NCBI GenBank assembly: GCA_048594725.1
Contig: JBMDXA010000018.1
Coordinates: 10,055 to 74,054 of the forward strand
DNA from: Candidatus Kapaibacteriota bacterium
GTDB taxonomy: Bacteria; Bacteroidota; Ignavibacteria; OLB7
Length of the DNA stretch: 64,000 nucleotides
Reading direction: 5' to 3'
The stretch's first letter is position 1; every line of letters starts with the position of its first letter. This document shows positions 28,970 to 39,300 of the stretch, one piece after another. The translations under genes and the position numbers were made by a program. The notes beneath the pieces are model-generated. The model saw nothing but the letters and a program-made list of their open reading frames with translations, made no database searches and was not told the origin of the DNA.

Positions 28970-30448
28970 CTACCCGGCCATGGCTATCTCCCCGGCGCGT
29001 GCGTCGCACACATCGCAGTTGCCGCAGGGGGGCTCGTCGTGGAAGCCGAAATACTCGGCGATGAAGACGCGGCGGCAGCTCTCGCTCCGGAAATAATGCA
29101 CCATCGCCAGCAGCTTCCGGTTGGCGGCGGTCAGCTTTTCCTGCAGGGCGTCCTCGTCCAGCAGCTCGTCCGGCAGCGCATCCACCACCCGGAGATTCCG
29201 CTCCTCGATCGATCCCTCCGTGACGCCATAACGATCCAGCATGCCCAGCGCGGTCTCCAGACGGAAATCGCGGCGGTTCCTGAAGTTGAGCTGCTCGCGG
29301 AGATGGTCCATGCCGAGCGCATTCGCCATCTCCCCCTCCCCTTCCAGCAGGCCGTACAGGCGCCCGTAGAAGCCCGCGTTCGGGTTGGACCATTTGATGA
29401 AATCCATCTGGATCTGAAGATCATCCTGGTCGTACAGCAGCAGGCAGAGCGCATCCCTGCCATCGCGCCCGGCGCGGCCGATCTCCTGGTAATACGATTC
29501 CACCGACGATGGAACCTCCGCATGGATGATATAGCGGATATCCGGCTTGTCGATCCCCATGCCGAACGCGTTGGTGGCGAGTATCAGCATATTCTCCCCT
29601 TCGATGAACCGCCGCCCGGTGCTCTTGCGAGCGTTCGCCGGCAGCTTGCCGTGGTAGACGCTGTGGCGCACCCCCTTGCTCCGCAGGGTCTCGGAGAACC
29701 GCTCCAGCGTCCCGATCAGAGAGAAGTAGATGATGCCGGAACCGCCGTAGCGCCGGGCCACATCGATCATCGATTCGATCTTCTCCCGCTCCGAGAAGAT
29801 CTCCCGCCCCTGAAGCCTGAGGTTCGGGCGGCGTATCCCCTCGTGGATGATCTCCACATCCTCCAGCCCCAGCCGCGCCACGATATCCTTCTGCACCTCC
29901 TGCGTGGCCGTGGCGGTAAGGGCCACGGTAACCGGATTGCCGATAAGCTCGCGGAACTCGCCGAGCCGCGAATAATCGGGACGGAAATCGTGCCCCCACT
30001 CGGAGATGCAGTGCGCCTCGTCAACCGCCAGCAGCGATATCCGCGCCTCTCGTATGCGCTGCACGAACTCCGGCTTGCGGAAGCGTTCCGGGGTGACATA
30101 CAGCAGCTTGTAGCGCCCGGCGAGGAAATCCTCCAGACGCTTCTCGCGATCGGCCTTCGAGACCGTGGAGTTGATGAACGCCGCCGGGATGCCCCGCCGG
30201 CGCAGGGCATCCACCTGATCCTGCATCAGCGCTATCAGGGGGCTTATCACCAGGGTTCCCCCCTCAAGCGCCAGGGCCGGCACCTGGTAGCAGAGCGATT
30301 TTCCTCCGCCGGTGGGCATCAGCACCAGACAGTGCCCCCGCTCCCCGCCGATGCCGAGCAGGCGGTTGATGATATGTTCCTGCTCTCCGCGAAAGCTCTC
30401 GAAACCGAACGATGAACGGAGGATATCGATTGGGGGGTGAAGAAGCAT
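28970..30448 (-). CDS. recQ: ATP-dependent DNA helicase RecQ
   Basis: [18 protein letters not shown]; Walker [18 protein letters not shown]; DEAH box [21 protein letters not shown]; helicase C motifs; zinc-binding/RQC region. Start chosen at MLLHPP (cat at 30446-30448). The upstream part of the ORF has no coding character and is full of repeats. Confidence 0.9.
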   Translation of the reverse strand: MLLHPPIDILRSSFGFESFRGEQEHIINRLLGIGGERGHCLVLMPTGGGKSLCYQVPALALEGGTLVISPLIALMQDQVDALRRRGIPAAFINSTVSKADREKRLEDFLAGRYKLLYVTPERFRKPEFVQRIREARISLLAVDEAHCISEWGHDFRPDYSRLGEFRELIGNPVTVALTATATQEVQKDIVARLGLEDVEIIHEGIRRPNLRLQGREIFSEREKIESMIDVARRYGGSGIIYFSLIGTLERFSETLRSKGVRHSVYHGKLPANARKSTGRRFIEGENMLILATNAFGMGIDKPDIRYIIHAEVPSSVESYYQEIGRAGRDGRDALCLLLYDQDDLQIQMDFIKWSNPNAGFYGRLYGLLEGEGEMANALGMDHLREQLNFRNRRDFRLETALGMLDRYGVTEGSIEERNLRVVDALPDELLDEDALQEKLTAANRKLLAMVHYFRSESCRRVFIAEYFGFHDEPPCGNCDVCDARAGEIAMAG

Positions 30449-30469
30449 GGAAAAGATAGGAGTGCTTGG

Positions 30470-30665
30470 ATTGTAGAACGTAGTTCGTAGTCTGCCGCCT
30501 GCGGCGGCTGTAGATAGTAGTCTGCAGGGAGAAGGTCCGTGCTCGGTAGTCCGCCGTCGGCCGGACGGCACTGCACACCATACTGGTAGATTCAGGAATA
30601 ACGGCGACGGACTACTGATAGCGTACCGACAGCGGGCGAAGCCCGCGAACGGACTACGCACATCT
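30470..30665. repeat. Cluster of GTAGTC / ACGGACTAC REP-like motifs upstream of recQ
   Basis: gtagtctgccgcctgcggcggc...gtagtctgcag...ggtagtccgccgtcggccggacgg...acggactactgatagcgtaccgacaGCGGGCgaaGCCCGCgaACGGACTACgcac. Multiple copies of GTAGTC and its complement, including a hairpin+ACGGACTAC unit that recurs elsewhere in the window. Confidence 0.5.
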
Positions 30666-30872
30666 CTGCCAGTCGTCAATCGAAAATCTTCAAGGCCGGC
30701 CAAAATCGTCATTCCCGCCGAATAGGGAAAATGTTCGTAGCATTGCCGGACGTTCCAGATGTGTTATCTTTGGGCATTCCCAAACGGCCGGGCGCTGCTG
30801 CATCATGGCGACACGATAGAGAGTTTCGGAACGTCGGTACAAGGCAGCGCTCAGCAGTCGCACGGTATATCC

Positions 30873-30954
30873 GGAGGGCTCGCATAATGGTATTGCAGCG
30901 GTCTTGAAAACCGCCGGGCGCAAGCCTGTGGGGGTTCGAGTCCCTCGCCCTCCG
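30873..30954 (+). tRNA. tRNA-Ser (anticodon UGA)
   Basis: Acceptor stem GGAGGGC/GCCCTCC (7 bp perfect). D-arm GCA-TAATGGTAT-TGC. Anticodon arm GCGGT-CTTGAAA-ACCGC, so U33 and anticodon TGA. Long variable arm with GGGC-GCAA-GCCT. T-arm GGGGG-TTCGAGT-CCCTC. Discriminator G. CCA not encoded. Confidence 0.8.
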
Positions 30955-30965
30955 CTTCCTCATAC

Positions 30966-30983
30966 GTCCCAGGGGTCTGGGAC
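30966..30983 (+). terminator. Hairpin immediately after the tRNA-Ser (terminator-like)
   Basis: GTCCCAG-gggt-CTGGGAC followed by CTTCTTG. Confidence 0.45.
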
Positions 30984-31140
30984 CTTCTTGTAATCAGGAT
31001 GGATGGTGGTGCTCTGCCGTTTGTAGCGATTGGTCCTCCTCGCGGCGACCTGTAGGGGCATCGTCCATCAACATTCTCCGCGATCGCATCCCATACGCTG
31101 CCAAACTTCCTCTCCTGCGTAGATCCGATATGTATTCGAT

Positions 31141-31713
31141 ATGATCAATCCCATAAAGAGTCGTGTTCTTACTGCTATATTGCTGCTTCTGTGCGCCCTC
31201 GGCACCGGCGGCTGCCTTACTGCCGAGCGGAAGGAAATCGTTCTGAAGGTGAAACCCGATGGCTCCGGCTCCGGTACCATCACCTTCTACAACATCGGCT
31301 CGATAGAGGAAAACGGCAGCGATATCAGCATCCGCGATTATACCGATCTGATGAGCAATTATCTGAAAGGGAAGAAGTTCGAGGAGACCTATCCCGAATA
31401 TATCAACCTGAAGAAACGGCTCTACGAGAACGATGGACAGCTCAACGGCGAGGTCACCTTCGACTTCATCCATTACGAGGACGCCGGCCTGTATCGCTAT
31501 CAGGAGAAGGGCCCGTGGATGTATCACGTGGGGCAGCGCTCCGATTTCGCCGTCGAAACCTTCGATGCCAGCAGCGGCACCGTGCCGAACACCCTGATGC
31601 CGGTGGCATTCTGGCCTGCGGAAACCACCGAGTTCCGCATCACCTCGAAATTCGATGGCTCCGAAGCGACCCGTTCCCTCCTCCCCCTGTTCAGGCGTAT
31701 CGGAACCGACTAA
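31141..31713 (+). CDS. Hypothetical lipoprotein
   Basis: Signal peptide plus lipobox MINPIKSRVLTAILLLLCALGTGGC. Lower GC than neighbours. Confidence 0.6.
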   Translation: MINPIKSRVLTAILLLLCALGTGGCLTAERKEIVLKVKPDGSGSGTITFYNIGSIEENGSDISIRDYTDLMSNYLKGKKFEETYPEYINLKKRLYENDGQLNGEVTFDFIHYEDAGLYRYQEKGPWMYHVGQRSDFAVETFDASSGTVPNTLMPVAFWPAETTEFRITSKFDGSEATRSLLPLFRRIGTD

Positions 31714-31719
31714 CAGCCC

Positions 31720-32529
31720 ATGCGAACAGAGGAATTTCTAGCCCGCTTTGCACGGGAATTGCCGCTGGAACTGGCGATGGCCGATGATCCGGTGGGAATC
31801 CAGGTGATGGCGGAGGACCGCGAACTGCACACCGTTGCAGTTGCCTACGAAGTGAACGAACAGATGGTGGCGCGCGCCGCCGAGGCGGGAGCCGAACTTA
31901 TCGTCGCCTTCCACCCGCTGATCTATCCCTCGCTGAAACGGATCACCAGAGGCAGCCGTGTGGAACGCACGGTGGTGGAGCTTATCAGCCGCCGTATCGC
32001 GCTCTATATCGTGCACACGGCGTTCGATGCCCACCCCGATGGTACCAGCGCCCTTCTGGGACGCCGGCTAGGTCTGGCCGCTCTGCGTCCCCTGGTCCCG
32101 GACTCACGCCATGAAGGGGCCGGCATGGGGGCGATAGGTATTCTGCCGGAACCGATGGAACTGCACCAGCTTGCACGCCTGCTGAAAGATGCCTGCGGAG
32201 CCCAGGGGGTACGGATATCGGTTTCCCCGGATCGCCCGCAGAGCCCGGTGGTGCAGAGGGTGGCGATCCTCGGCGGAAGCGGGATGAGTTTTTACGACCG
32301 CGCGGTAGAGGCCGGGGCCGATGCATTTATTACCGCCGATGTGCGCTATCATGCGTTTCATGCGGCCAACGATCACATCCCCCTGCTCGATCCCGGCCAT
32401 GCCGAATCCGAGGCGCTGGTAACCGGCGGGATGGCGGCGCTTCTGGCACGGGCGGCCCAGGGGCTGGAACCGGCGGTTGGCGTGGTGGCGCTGGAGGATT
32501 CTACCAATCCCGTGCGCCTGATCGTATAA
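31720..32529 (+). CDS. Nif3-family dinuclear metal centre protein (YqfO/YbgI-like)
   Basis: ...IQVMAEDRELHTVAVAYEVNEQMVARAAEAGAELIVAFHPLIYPSLKRI... and C-terminal ...ITADVRYHAFHAANDHIPLLDPGHAESE are typical of the Nif3/NGG1p-interacting factor 3 family. Confidence 0.85.
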   Translation: MRTEEFLARFARELPLELAMADDPVGIQVMAEDRELHTVAVAYEVNEQMVARAAEAGAELIVAFHPLIYPSLKRITRGSRVERTVVELISRRIALYIVHTAFDAHPDGTSALLGRRLGLAALRPLVPDSRHEGAGMGAIGILPEPMELHQLARLLKDACGAQGVRISVSPDRPQSPVVQRVAILGGSGMSFYDRAVEAGADAFITADVRYHAFHAANDHIPLLDPGHAESEALVTGGMAALLARAAQGLEPAVGVVALEDSTNPVRLIV

Positions 32530-32583
32530 CAAGAATTTGAAATTTACATTCAACGGCTGAGATCATAACGGAGGCAATCAATC

Positions 32584-33306
32584 GTGGAAGAAGTACTTCG
32601 AGCACTCTACAGACTACAACAGATCGATCTGGAGCTCGATGAGCTGAATGACGGAGGGGGCGATCTGCCGGCCGAGGTCGATCAGCTTCAGAAGAAAATC
32701 GATGAGCTCTCGGCCGCCATGGCGGTTGAAGAGGGGAAGCTCCGCGATCTCCGTGAGTCGCGCACCGGCGCCAACAACGCCATCAACGATATGCGCGAGC
32801 GGGTGAAGATGCTGAACGAACGGCTTCGTACGGTGCGCAACAACAAGGAATACGAGGCCACCACCGCCGATATCGCTTCGGCCGAGGAGGAGCTTCTTGC
32901 CATGGAACGCTCCACCACCACGGTCAATACCCAGGAGGCGATGCTGATCCGCGATATCGAAACGATCAACCGGCAGCGCGAGGAACTGGTCAAGGAGATG
33001 GACGAGAAGAACGATACTCTCACCACCATCCGCGATACGCACGCCGATGAGATCAACTCTCTTCGCACCGCCCGCGAGGAAGTGGCATCCCAGATCAGCC
33101 CCGATCTGCTGAAGCGCTACCGCCATATCCGCACCGCTCACGACGACGCAGTGGTGAAGGTGCGCAAGGGAGCCTGCAACGGCTGCTACCGCGCCATCCC
33201 CCCGCAGACGCTCGTGGAGATGCGCCGCTCCGAACAGCTCTTCAGCTGCGAACACTGCGGCCGTATCATCGTCGATGAGGAAATCGCCGCATCGGTGACG
33301 GTGTAG
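32584..33306 (+). CDS. C4-type zinc-ribbon domain protein (COG1579/DUF164-like), coiled-coil
   Basis: Long coiled-coil (ALYRLQQIDLELDELN...), then C-terminal CNGCYRAIPPQTLVEMRRSEQLFSCEHCGRIIV. This is the classic genomic partner of Nif3. Confidence 0.8.
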   Translation: MEEVLRALYRLQQIDLELDELNDGGGDLPAEVDQLQKKIDELSAAMAVEEGKLRDLRESRTGANNAINDMRERVKMLNERLRTVRNNKEYEATTADIASAEEELLAMERSTTTVNTQEAMLIRDIETINRQREELVKEMDEKNDTLTTIRDTHADEINSLRTAREEVASQISPDLLKRYRHIRTAHDDAVVKVRKGACNGCYRAIPPQTLVEMRRSEQLFSCEHCGRIIVDEEIAASVTV

Positions 33307-33365
33307 TCAGTAGTCAGTAGTCAGTAGTCAGTAGTCAGTAGTCAGTAGTCAGTAGTCAGTAGTCA
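33303..33365. repeat. Heptanucleotide microsatellite (GTAGTCA)x9
   Basis: Nine perfect tandem copies starting inside the TAG stop codon of the zinc-ribbon gene (stop 33304-33306). The complement GACTACT is the core of the ACGGACTAC(T) REP-like motif. Confidence 0.9.
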
Positions 33366-33549
33366 AAATGGCGAAGCTGCTAGCCATGTCAATGCTAATC
33401 AATCACGCTTCGCCGGCTCTACTCCGGATGCCGGGGTTTCAGCCACGAACGACGGACTACTGACGACGGACCAATACCTGATAACCAGAGAAATGCCTCA
33501 GCCAGCCGTATAGCGTTGGCGGCGCTATCTGAATCCCGATCTTTGACAT

Positions 33550-33998
33550 CTCCGGAGTGTGTCGGGCAGTCGCTCGCCGATCATTCGGCGGGAGGAACGT
33601 CCGAACTCCATAGGGCAACGTGCCAGCTAACGGCTGGGCGCCCAATCCCGCGCCGGAAACGGCCGGGAGAGGCGACGGAAAGTGCAACAGAAAGGATACC
33701 GCCCCGTTCCGGCCCGCAGCTGCAATACCAGATGCGGGCCGGGACGGGGTAAGGGTGAAATGGCGAGGTAAGAGCTCACCGCATCCCGGGCAACCGGGAT
33801 GGCAGTGCAAACCCCACGTGGAGCAAGGCCAAATAGGGTGTCGTCATGGAGCTGCCCGCTCCCGATCCTCCCCTCGCGGGAAAAGATCACGGCACCGGGT
33901 AGGCTGCTAGAGGGCGCGGGCGACCGCGCTCCCAGAGAAATGACTGCCTCCACCACCAGGTGTAGACAGAATTCGGCGTACAGACACGCTTCGGAGTA
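33550..33998 (+). ncRNA. rnpB: RNase P RNA, bacterial type A
   Basis: Conserved blocks: GGAGGAACGTCCGAACTCCATAGGGCAA (P4 5' strand), GTGCAACAGAAAGGATACCGCC, GGGGTAAGGGTGAAATGGCGAGGTAAGAGCTCACC, GGAGCAAGGCCAAATAGGG, ACAGAATTCGGCGTACAG (P4 3' strand). P1 pairing CCGGAGTGTGTC (33552-33563) with GACACGCTTCGG (33983-33994). Ends are approximate to within about 10 nt. Confidence 0.85.
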
Positions 33999-34227
33999 TG
34001 TTGTTTTCAGGATTGCGGATGGCGATTGCAGAAGCGATCCGTAACGGCCATGGAAGATCGGACCGATCGATCGTACCGATCTCCCCCCCGTTCGTCGCAG
34101 CGGAAACTTCCGGCCGGTTCCGGTATGATTCATCGATGGGGACCCCGAGGGTCCCTTTTCCTTTTCCCCTTCATTCCTCCTCCCCACGCCCCGGCGCGGG
34201 ACCACGTTCATCAACTTGCACCCGTAG

Positions 34228-34545
34228 ATGACACGCCTGGAACAGATGCTCTCCTTTCTGGAGCAGGACCCGAACGACAGCTTCACCCGCTATGCCGTGG
34301 GGCTGGAATATATGAGCCTCAAGGACTATCCGACCGCAGCACGATATCTGAATGAACTGCGCGAGCGCGATCCCGCCTATGTGGCAACCTACTACCAGCT
34401 CGGCCAGCTCTATACGACCCTGGAGGAATGGGACAAGGCCGAGGAAGCCTATACGGCCGGCACCGCCGTGGCCCGCAATGTCCGCGATCTGCATGCCCTC
34501 AGCGAACTGCAGGCCGCACTCGATGATCTGGAAACGCTGCGATAG
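34228..34545 (+). CDS. Small TPR-repeat protein
   Basis: Two to three TPR-like units: ...DSFTRYAVGLEYMSLKDYPTAARYLNELRERDPAYVATYYQLGQLYTTLEEWDKAEEAY... Confidence 0.5.
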   Translation: MTRLEQMLSFLEQDPNDSFTRYAVGLEYMSLKDYPTAARYLNELRERDPAYVATYYQLGQLYTTLEEWDKAEEAYTAGTAVARNVRDLHALSELQAALDDLETLR

Positions 34546-34701
34546 AAGAGCCGAGTCGGGAGAAAAGCCGGGGAGCCGGAAAGCAGATATACGGTGGAGT
34601 GTGGGATGTCAGGGTGGCGACCTGTTCGCATATCTCGCATGAGAGATTATCAGCAGGCAGCAACCCGCGTTATCGATAGAACTCCATCCCCTGCCACGAA
34701 C

Positions 34702-34728
34702 CGCGGGCAGAGCCCGCGCACGGACTAC
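34702..34728. repeat. REP-like element (GC hairpin + ACGGACTAC)
   Basis: CGCGGGCagaGCCCGCGcACGGACTAC. Near-identical in layout to 30632-30657 (aGCGGGCgaaGCCCGCgaACGGACTAC). It lies between convergent genes. Confidence 0.5.
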
Positions 34729-34756
34729 TGGCCCCGGTACCACCGGCCCCGCCCCA

Positions 34757-35650
34757 TTATTTCCCCTCCGCTTTTTCTCTCCATTCCTCCTCCTCTCTTC
34801 CGGCCAGCCGTGCGGTGGCAACGGCAAGCTCGGTGAACAGAGTGGAATATTCCGGCGCCAGCCGCCGCACCGCCTCCCCCTGCATGGCAACCACATCCCC
34901 ATCACCCCGTGATATGGGCCCGGTAAGGGCGGCGGACGGCCCTACCTCCTCCCCCCGCTCCGCGCTGGCAGCGATGAACTGCGCCACGATCCGCCGCGCC
35001 TGCGCCTCCGGGATTCCGGCACGCCGGTACAGATCCAGCGCGATGGCAAAAAGCGCTACCGAATAATTGGCCGCAACCGAGGCCGCAGCATGGTAGAGCG
35101 GGCGATACTCGTCGGAAAGCGAAACCAGCTGCGGCGCCACATCACCGATCAACCGCCGCACAACCGGCAGAAGATCCTCGTCCGGTTCCGAAATACTCCA
35201 TACAAGCCCCGGCGGAATCGCCTCGGTGCCGGTGAACGAGCCATTCGGATGCAGGGCGAAGATCGTGGCACCGCGATCGGCGAGAGGGGCCAGAACGCCG
35301 GCAGATGTGGCTCCCGACGAGTGGAGCACCGCAATCCCCTTCCAGTCCCCGCGCTGCCGCGCAAGCATGCCCGCCACCTCGCGCAGCGATATATCGGCAG
35401 TCACAATCCAGACGATATCGTACGACTCCGGATCGATGGCTTCAAGTGATGCGATAACCGGAACACCGCGAAGAAGTACTTCAAGTGCCTTCCCTTTCGC
35501 CATGTCGCGCAACAATACGGCGCCTATAGCCTCGGGGATCGTGCGAAGAATCGATTGCGCGAACCGTCCCCCTCCTACAAGGATCACTCCCCTCTTTTTT
35601 CCCCCGGCTCCTCCCTTCTCTCCGGAATTTTCGCTGCTGTGCTGTGCCAT
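34757..35650 (-). CDS. Rossmann-fold NAD(P)-binding protein (DUF2520-like)
   Basis: GxGxxA motif VILVGGGRFAQSI near the N-terminus. C-terminal helical domain resembling ketopantoate reductase/prephenate dehydrogenase folds. Start chosen at MAQHSS (cat at 35648-35650). Confidence 0.65.
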   Translation of the reverse strand: MAQHSSENSGEKGGAGGKKRGVILVGGGRFAQSILRTIPEAIGAVLLRDMAKGKALEVLLRGVPVIASLEAIDPESYDIVWIVTADISLREVAGMLARQRGDWKGIAVLHSSGATSAGVLAPLADRGATIFALHPNGSFTGTEAIPPGLVWSISEPDEDLLPVVRRLIGDVAPQLVSLSDEYRPLYHAAASVAANYSVALFAIALDLYRRAGIPEAQARRIVAQFIAASAERGEEVGPSAALTGPISRGDGDVVAMQGEAVRRLAPEYSTLFTELAVATARLAGREEEEWREKAEGK

Positions 35651-35822
35651 GATCGGTTTGTACGCTTGCTGGCTGGTGTTGAAAAAATGCAAACTGAATT
35701 ACAAATAACTTGCAAATGAAATATCCATTAGTCGTATTTTTGCCGGTCGAAATTCCGAACGGGCATTGTCCGCAAAAAAAGGACAATGCGTCATCCAATT
35801 CCTACTTACTAACTTAACGAAC

Positions 35823-36080
35823 ATGAAGATGCGCGCGTTCTTCTTTACTGCGCTTCTCGCTTCCGGTCTCCTCTTCACCGCATGCGGTGGCAATCACGAA
35901 GAGGGTGCTACTGGTGACACGACGACGATGGCTCCGGCAACCGAGACCTCGACGACGACCACGACCACCACGACGGCTCCGTCGGCCGACACTGCGGTCC
36001 TGGTTCCGAACGGCGATACGGCTGTCGTCAACACCAGCAGCACGACTACGACCACGACCACTGACACCACGAAGAAGTAA
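35823..36080 (+). CDS. Small Thr-rich lipoprotein, hypothetical
   Basis: MKMRAFFFTALLASGLLFTACGG lipobox, followed by Thr/Ser-rich low-complexity sequence. A strong terminator follows. Confidence 0.5.
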   Translation: MKMRAFFFTALLASGLLFTACGGNHEEGATGDTTTMAPATETSTTTTTTTTAPSADTAVLVPNGDTAVVNTSSTTTTTTTDTTKK

Positions 36081-36109
36081 TTTCTTCCGGTATACTGGAA
36101 GTGTTTATA

Positions 36110-36150
36110 AAATCCCCTACCGATGGCAACATGGGTAGGGGATTTCTTAT
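36110..36150 (+). terminator. Rho-independent terminator
   Basis: AAATCCCCTACC-gatggcaacat-GGTAGGGGATTT (12-bp perfect stem) followed by CTTATT. Confidence 0.6.
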
Positions 36151-36312
36151 TGAGAGTGCTGGCTTTTTCGTCCGCCACCTGCGGCGGCTGTGGTTGGCCG
36201 ATTGTAGTGCGTGGTTTTTAGCGCCTGGGTCCTGGGAAGAACGCCGGTATTCAGCCCGCGGGCGCCGCCGTCTTCCGGCCCCGGACTTCGTTCTCCTGGC
36301 CCGGAGTTCCTC

Positions 36313-39300
36313 TCACTTCACGATCCGTACGCTCTCCCGCAGAACCGCCGATGGCGTCTGCAGCAGAAGCCAGTAGCTGCCGCTGGGCAGGGCGGTGGCG
36401 TCGATTGTGGCGGCATAACGGCCGGGCGCCGCATCGGCGTCGGCAAACGGCACCAGGACCTCGTTGCCTTGCGGATCGTACAGCAGAAGCCGCGTGGCCC
36501 CCTGCTCTATCGTCTCGAACTCCACGATGCCCCGCTCGCGAATGGGATTGGGACGGGAGACCGACAGACGGAGAAAGCCCTGCGAGCCGAGCAACCGCAC
36601 GCCCCCTTCGCGGCACAGCCCGAGCGTGCGGAAGATGCCGTCGATGGTGTCATGCAGGCGCACCGGGGAGCTATCGGCGGCGCGGCGAAGATCGGAGCCG
36701 GCAAAGGCAAGCGGCGTGGTCTCGGCCGCGCCGAGAGCCGCGGTCGCATGAAGCTCCGCCAGCACCCCCGAGTCCGGGAATACCCCCTCCACCTCGATGG
36801 TGACGATCCGGCCGCCCCCGCGAACCTCATCGCCGATGATGCGCGCACGCAGGCGGCCATCCCCCGCATCCACGCCGAGAGGAAAGAGCATCGACGCATC
36901 GAACCGCACGGCGGTACGCAGCCGCAACGTATCGGCGGGAACGGGGATGGTGCGCTGCTCCACGCGCAGACGCAGCACGGCATCCTCACCGATCATCCCC
37001 TCGCTCTCCTCCCAGCGAAGCCCCAGCGTCCGCTGCTCGCTCCGCCCCCGCACGGCAAGACGCAGCGAGTCGGGACAGGGAGAAAGCTCCCGCAGCACGG
37101 CCATGCCGTTCAGACTATCACCGGCCACGGAGGGCGTGTAGAGAACTTCCAGTTCCACCATCTCCCCCGGCAGCAGCACCGTATCGCTGCCAGGACGCAC
37201 GATCCGCACGCCATCCAGATCGCCGGCCAGCGATGCGGCCGACAGCGTGCGCGCCACCGTTGAAGCGTTGGTGACGGTGACGATCGCACGCGCTGTAAGC
37301 GGGGTCTGTACGGCCCCGAAATCGATAACGGAGGAGGAGAGTACAAAGCCGCCGCCATCGCGCGCGCCGCGCAGGTAGACCACCCGCTCGCTGCCGCACG
37401 CCCTGGAGCGGAGCACGATGCTGTCGCGGAACGCACCATCGCCCACGGGCCGGAAACGGACCGTCACCGGCACCCGCACCCCCACCGGCGTCTCGATCGG
37501 GGAACCAGGGAGCACCACCTGGAACACTCCCGTGGAAGGGAGATGCACCACATCGAACGTGTCGGGGAGTTCGCCCCTGTTCTCCAGCATCAGGCCGGTC
37601 TCCAAGAGGCTGTCGCAACGGTTCAGCAAACCGAAGTCGATACTGTCGCCGGAGAATACCACTGCCGCGCCGGTGCGGCGGCCACGCGCCGGCACGAAGA
37701 ATTCCTGGCCGCACTCTCCCAGCCGCAGCCGGATACCGCCGTTGAAGGCTCCGGCCGCTGTAAGCCCCACTACGAAATCGAACGTCACGGTATCCCCCGG
37801 CGCCGCCAGATCGCTTGTGGCGGAGCTGATCGCCACGCCGTCCAGTTCCAGCCGCTCGCGGATGCCCGCCACCGTCACGGTTCCCCGGTTGGCGAACCGC
37901 AGGCTCAGCACCGGAGAGGGAGCACAGAAATCGGTGACGCCGAAATCGAGCGATCCCTCTATCGGCACCAGCAGAAGCGAGTCGTTGCGGACATCGAACG
38001 GAATGGCGCTGGTATCGGCGTCGCTGCTTATCAGACGGAGCGCGGCAACACGAACCCCGAGCGGCCCCGGCGTATAGATCACCTGCGAGCTGCCGCTCTC
38101 CCCCGGCTGAAGAACGGTTCCCACCGGAGAGACCGGCAGGGAGAACTCGGCGGCGGCCGGACCGATGATATCCGCCTGAACGATGGTAACCGGAGAGTCG
38201 GTCCGGTTCACGAACGCGGCAACTATGGTATCAGGAGATTTCGGCGCGCAGAGCAGCCGTACAGAATCGAGCGGACCGGAGGATAGCGCCCCCCCTTCCA
38301 GCCGCACTCCGCGAAGAAGCACGGTCTGCGGCTCCGGACAGTTGGACGAGATGAACGTGATGCGCCCATCGAAGGACCCGGCCGCCAGCGGCATGAACCG
38401 CAGCGTTACGGGGATGGATTCTCCCGGAGCTATCACCGCCGGGAACGACGGGGCTACGACGGTGAACTCCGGGGGAGTGATCGCCGGAGAGAGAACCGTC
38501 ATGGGAACCTGCGCCGGATTGCTCAGCGTGATGGTGCGCTCCGCATACGGCACCAGAGCCGGGAGGCTCCCGAAATCGAGCGTGGCCCCGGCTCCCGGCG
38601 TAACAAGGAGGCGATCATCGGTAAAGCGCACCCGTATCACGAAGATCCTCGGATTGCAGCCATCGCCATGCAGGACGATGCGCCCTTCGCGCGGCGCGGC
38701 CCCATCGGCGGCGATCCGCACTCTCAGCCTGATCGTCCCTCTCCCCTGCGCCGGAAGGGGGATGGGATTGTTCCGGATATCATCGAGCGCCGTACCGGTC
38801 ACGCCGCCGAGAAATTCCACCGAGTCGATCTTCACCGGAGGGATGGTATCGGGAAGAATGAAGTTGAGCGTGAGAGTGGTATCGATCGTGGCCGGATCGA
38901 GACAGGTGTTGATAATCACATCCTCCAGCCTCACCGGCCAGGGAACCGTGACGCTCCCCGGCGATGCTGCAAACGCATCGGTAGCGGAATATCCGTACAC
39001 GTACGTGGCGAACGGCTCCCCGGCATCCACCAGATGATCTCCCGGCCCCACCTCCACCGCTCCGGCGATAAACGATCCGGCGGCATGGCGCTCCGCCCAG
39101 ACCGGCGGCAGGCCATCCACCAGCAATCCTGCTTCGGCGCGGGAGGGGATCATCACCTGGATGAAATATCGCCAGTCAACCGGATTGGAGCCGGACATGC
39201 GCGCGGCCATCGCCGGCACATACAGGCGTGCCCCCGCGCCCCACTGCCAGACCGACGGCACCACCACCATCGACGGATCGCCGAAGGGGGTATTCAGATC

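Noticed and set aside
33457-34286. ORFs 33457-33810(-), 33620-33910(+), 33627-34286(-), 33799-34044(+), 33998-34231(+).
   Set aside because: They overlap RNase P RNA (rnpB), whose conserved blocks are unmistakable. No coding signal.
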